A stretch of DNA of 64,000 nt. Source: Sphaerodactylus townsendi (lineage: Eukaryota). A program made the translations under genes and the position numbers. The number at the start of each line of letters is the position of its first letter. Position 1 is the first letter of the stretch. Under the pieces are notes generated by a model. It was given only the letters and a program-made list of their open reading frames with translations, did not search any database and was not told the origin of the DNA. Location: assembly GCF_021028975.2 (NCBI RefSeq), contig NC_059428.1:558001-622000 (forward strand), written 5' to 3'. Positions 61,778-64,000 of the stretch are shown one piece after another.

Positions 61778-62239
61778 GTGGGCACGCAGGAGAAAGGGCT
61801 GCCTGGCTGTCTGGGCGGGAGGGGGGCTCCTCCACAACCATGCACTGATTGATGGGTGTTCTACTGGTCACCTTTGCTCAGCCAGAAGAATGCTGGCTTG
61901 GGGGCAGTGAAACGGTCTGGATTCTGACTTCACCTGAGTTCAGACTACCCCAGATGGCTATTGGCTTCAGGACAGGCCTAGAGAAGGGAAATGTGCACCA
62001 TTTCGTAGATAGAGCCTGGATCTGAATTTAGGAATCAGCCCTGCTCTAGAGCTGAGAAAATAATCCACATCCCTAAAGAAAAAGCAGGGATGATTTTGTT
62101 CGTTTGTGTCCCGCCCCTCCCCTTGTGAGCTTCCAGCATGTGAGCTGATTTCCCAGCCCTGCTGCAGAGCACTGGGGTCCCAGAGACTGTGGGTTTTGTA
62201 GAGGTCTTAGGGAATTTGGCTGGTACAGTACTCTTCAGC

Positions 62240-62560
62240 AGCAGTGGCCTAGTGGCTTAGAGCAGGGGCACTCTGATCTGGAGGAACCGGGTTTGATTCT
62301 CCGCTCTGTCGCCTGAGCTGTGGAGGCTTCTCTGGGGAATTCAGATTAGCCTGTACGCTCCCACACATGGCAGCTGGGCGACCTTGGGCTAGTCACAGCT
62401 TCTCGGAGCTCTCTCAGCCCCACCCACCTCACAGGGTGTTTATTGTGAGGGGGGGAAGGGCAAGCCCCCTTGCGTCTCCTACAGAAGAGAAAGGGGGATA
62501 TAAATCCAAACTCCTCCTCCTCCTCCTCCTCCTCCTCCTCCCCCTCCTCCTTCTCCTCCC
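62240..62560 (+). mobile_element. Squam3-like SINE with a (TCC)n tail
   Basis: Homologous to the 40826 copy. Confidence 0.85.
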
Positions 62561-62879
62561 TGTTGCAGTATGTCTTGGGTGCTGCAGAGGGCAGGGAGAG
62601 GGGCCAATTCAACCAAAGCCTGCTCCTTAACTGGTTCACCAAGTCCTCTGTATTCGGCCAAAACCCGGAAAGCCACTGCTCCTTACCTGAGGTCTGTAGA
62701 GATGTTCAGCACTGAAGCAGGGTTTGTCTCTGGACATGCTCAGAGGCACTCTCTCTCTAGTGTGGCTTTGCAAAGAAGCTTGTATAGCATCATACTAAAA
62801 GTCTATGCATGGGTGCTGTGATTCTGTTTGTATCAGTGCTGCAAACCGGCAAGGTGACTGTAGGAGAGTCATCATTGTC

Positions 62880-63100
62880 AGAAGTGGTTAAGAGTGGTTG
62901 ACTCTAATCTGGAGAGCCAGGTTTGATTCCCCACTTCTCCACATGAAGCCTGCTTTGGCCTGTCACAGTTCTCTCCCAACTCCCTCAGTGCCACCTACCT
63001 CACAAGGTGTCTGTTGCGCGCAGAAGAAGGGAAGGAGTTTGTAAGCCGCTTTACAGTGGAGAACAGCAGGGTGTAAATCCAGACTCTTCCTGTTGTTCTT
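62880..63100 (+). mobile_element. Older Squam3-like SINE
   Basis: GTGGTTAAGAG..CTCTAATCTGGAG..GGTTTGATTCCCC. Confidence 0.7.
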
Positions 63101-63189
63101 CCAGGCGATCCTGCCTCATCTGTGATGGTGGCTGACCCTCCAGAGCTGCTGTAATACATGTGAGACCGGTTGAACTCCAGAGAACATTG

Positions 63190-63580
63190 GGAGGGGCTGT
63201 GGCTCAGCTGAAGAGCCGAAGGTCCCAGGTTCAACACCCAGTATCTCCATTTAAAAGGACCAGGTGAAAGACCTTCCTCTGCTTGAGACCCTGGAGATCC
63301 AGTACTAGTCTGAGTGGGCAACACAGAACTGGAAGGACCAAGGCTCTGACTCAGTAGAAGGCAGCTTCATGCATGTTCATGTTTGGAGAGAGACGGTGGC
63401 CCAGTGGCTGCTGCGCTGCTTGGCATGCAGAAGGGCCCAGATTCAATCCCCGGCAGCGTCTCCCGTGGAGGTGACGTGAAAGGCCCGCGACCCTGCAGAG
63501 TGGCTGCCGGTCAGAGTAGGGAGTACTGACCATGGTAGACCAAGGGTCCAATTCAGAATCAGGCAGCTTCATGTATGTTC
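63190..63580 (+). mobile_element. Two tandem Squam2-like tRNA SINEs with CR1-like tails
   Basis: GGGGCTGTGGCTCAG..GGTTCAA..CTGACTCAGTAGAAGGCAGCTTCATG, repeated from ~63390. Confidence 0.7.
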
Positions 63581-63727
63581 GTGTGTGTGTTCCAGGAGTC
63601 TGCTGTGGTCCTGGTTTGAAATTTGTCTTCCATGCATTTGCTCCATTCATGTTGTGCTTTCTCAAACCCAGAGCCCAGTACAAAGAAGGGAACCTCTGGC
63701 TGAAAGGGAACCTCCTATGAAGGCCAG

Positions 63728-63899
63728 ATGGCAAACGTCACGCCAGCAAAGCTGGACAATATGGAGGTGCCGCAGCAGTCACCAAAGAACAACAACCCAC
63801 AATGGGAGCCCACAGACCATCACCCCTGGCCCTGGGATGAGGCCACGGCCACGGCCACGGCCAAGCTCTTTGAATGTTCACGGATCAAGGCATTGGCTG
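63728..63899 (+). CDS. SPTBN4: Spectrin beta non-erythrocytic 4, first coding exon (acceptor probably at 63671/63672); the gene continues beyond the window
   Basis: MANVTPAKLDNMEVPQQSPKNNNPQWEP..AKLFECSRIKALA G|gtatgt, matching human DNME..NNNP..W..LFECSRIKALA; synteny; missed by the ORF track. Confidence 0.92.
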
Positions 63900-64000
63900 G
63901 TATGTCATGTGTAATGGTGGTGGTGGTGGTGGTGGTGTGTGTGTGGCGGGGGGGGGGGTCATGCAGATCCTATGTGCAGTGTGGGTTGTGGGCAGGGTTA

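Noticed and set aside
63190-63460. tRNA genes
   Set aside because: tRNA-like SINE heads with no complete cloverleaf

Overview
Vertebrate genomic DNA, most likely a squamate and probably a gecko, judging by Squam3/Squam2/5S-Sauria-like SINEs, CR1 LINEs and Penelope pieces. Gene order matches the human 19q13.2 block: HIPK4(-), PRX(-), SERTAD1(-), BLVRB(-), then the 5' end of SPTBN4(+) head-to-head with BLVRB. I built exon structures by hand from splice sites and from homology to human proteins recalled from memory. Several CDSs carry frameshifts that mostly look like long-read consensus errors, and there is a 132-N gap. BLVRB intron 1 holds a CR1 LINE split by a full-length chromodomain Ty3/Gypsy element with a 5-bp TSD. 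Its primer-binding position is perfectly complementary over 11 nt to its own LTR, the signature of tRNA-independent Tf1/sushi self-priming. Other points of interest: HIPK4 has an uninterrupted kinase domain where I recall two introns in human; two in-frame upstream exons could extend periaxin N-terminally; SERTAD1 has a SERTA-domain deletion; Penelope repeats carry degenerate hammerhead cores; several non-autonomous hAT elements have perfect 8-bp TSDs. I cannot demonstrate a wholly new system; the best candidates are ranked in findings.
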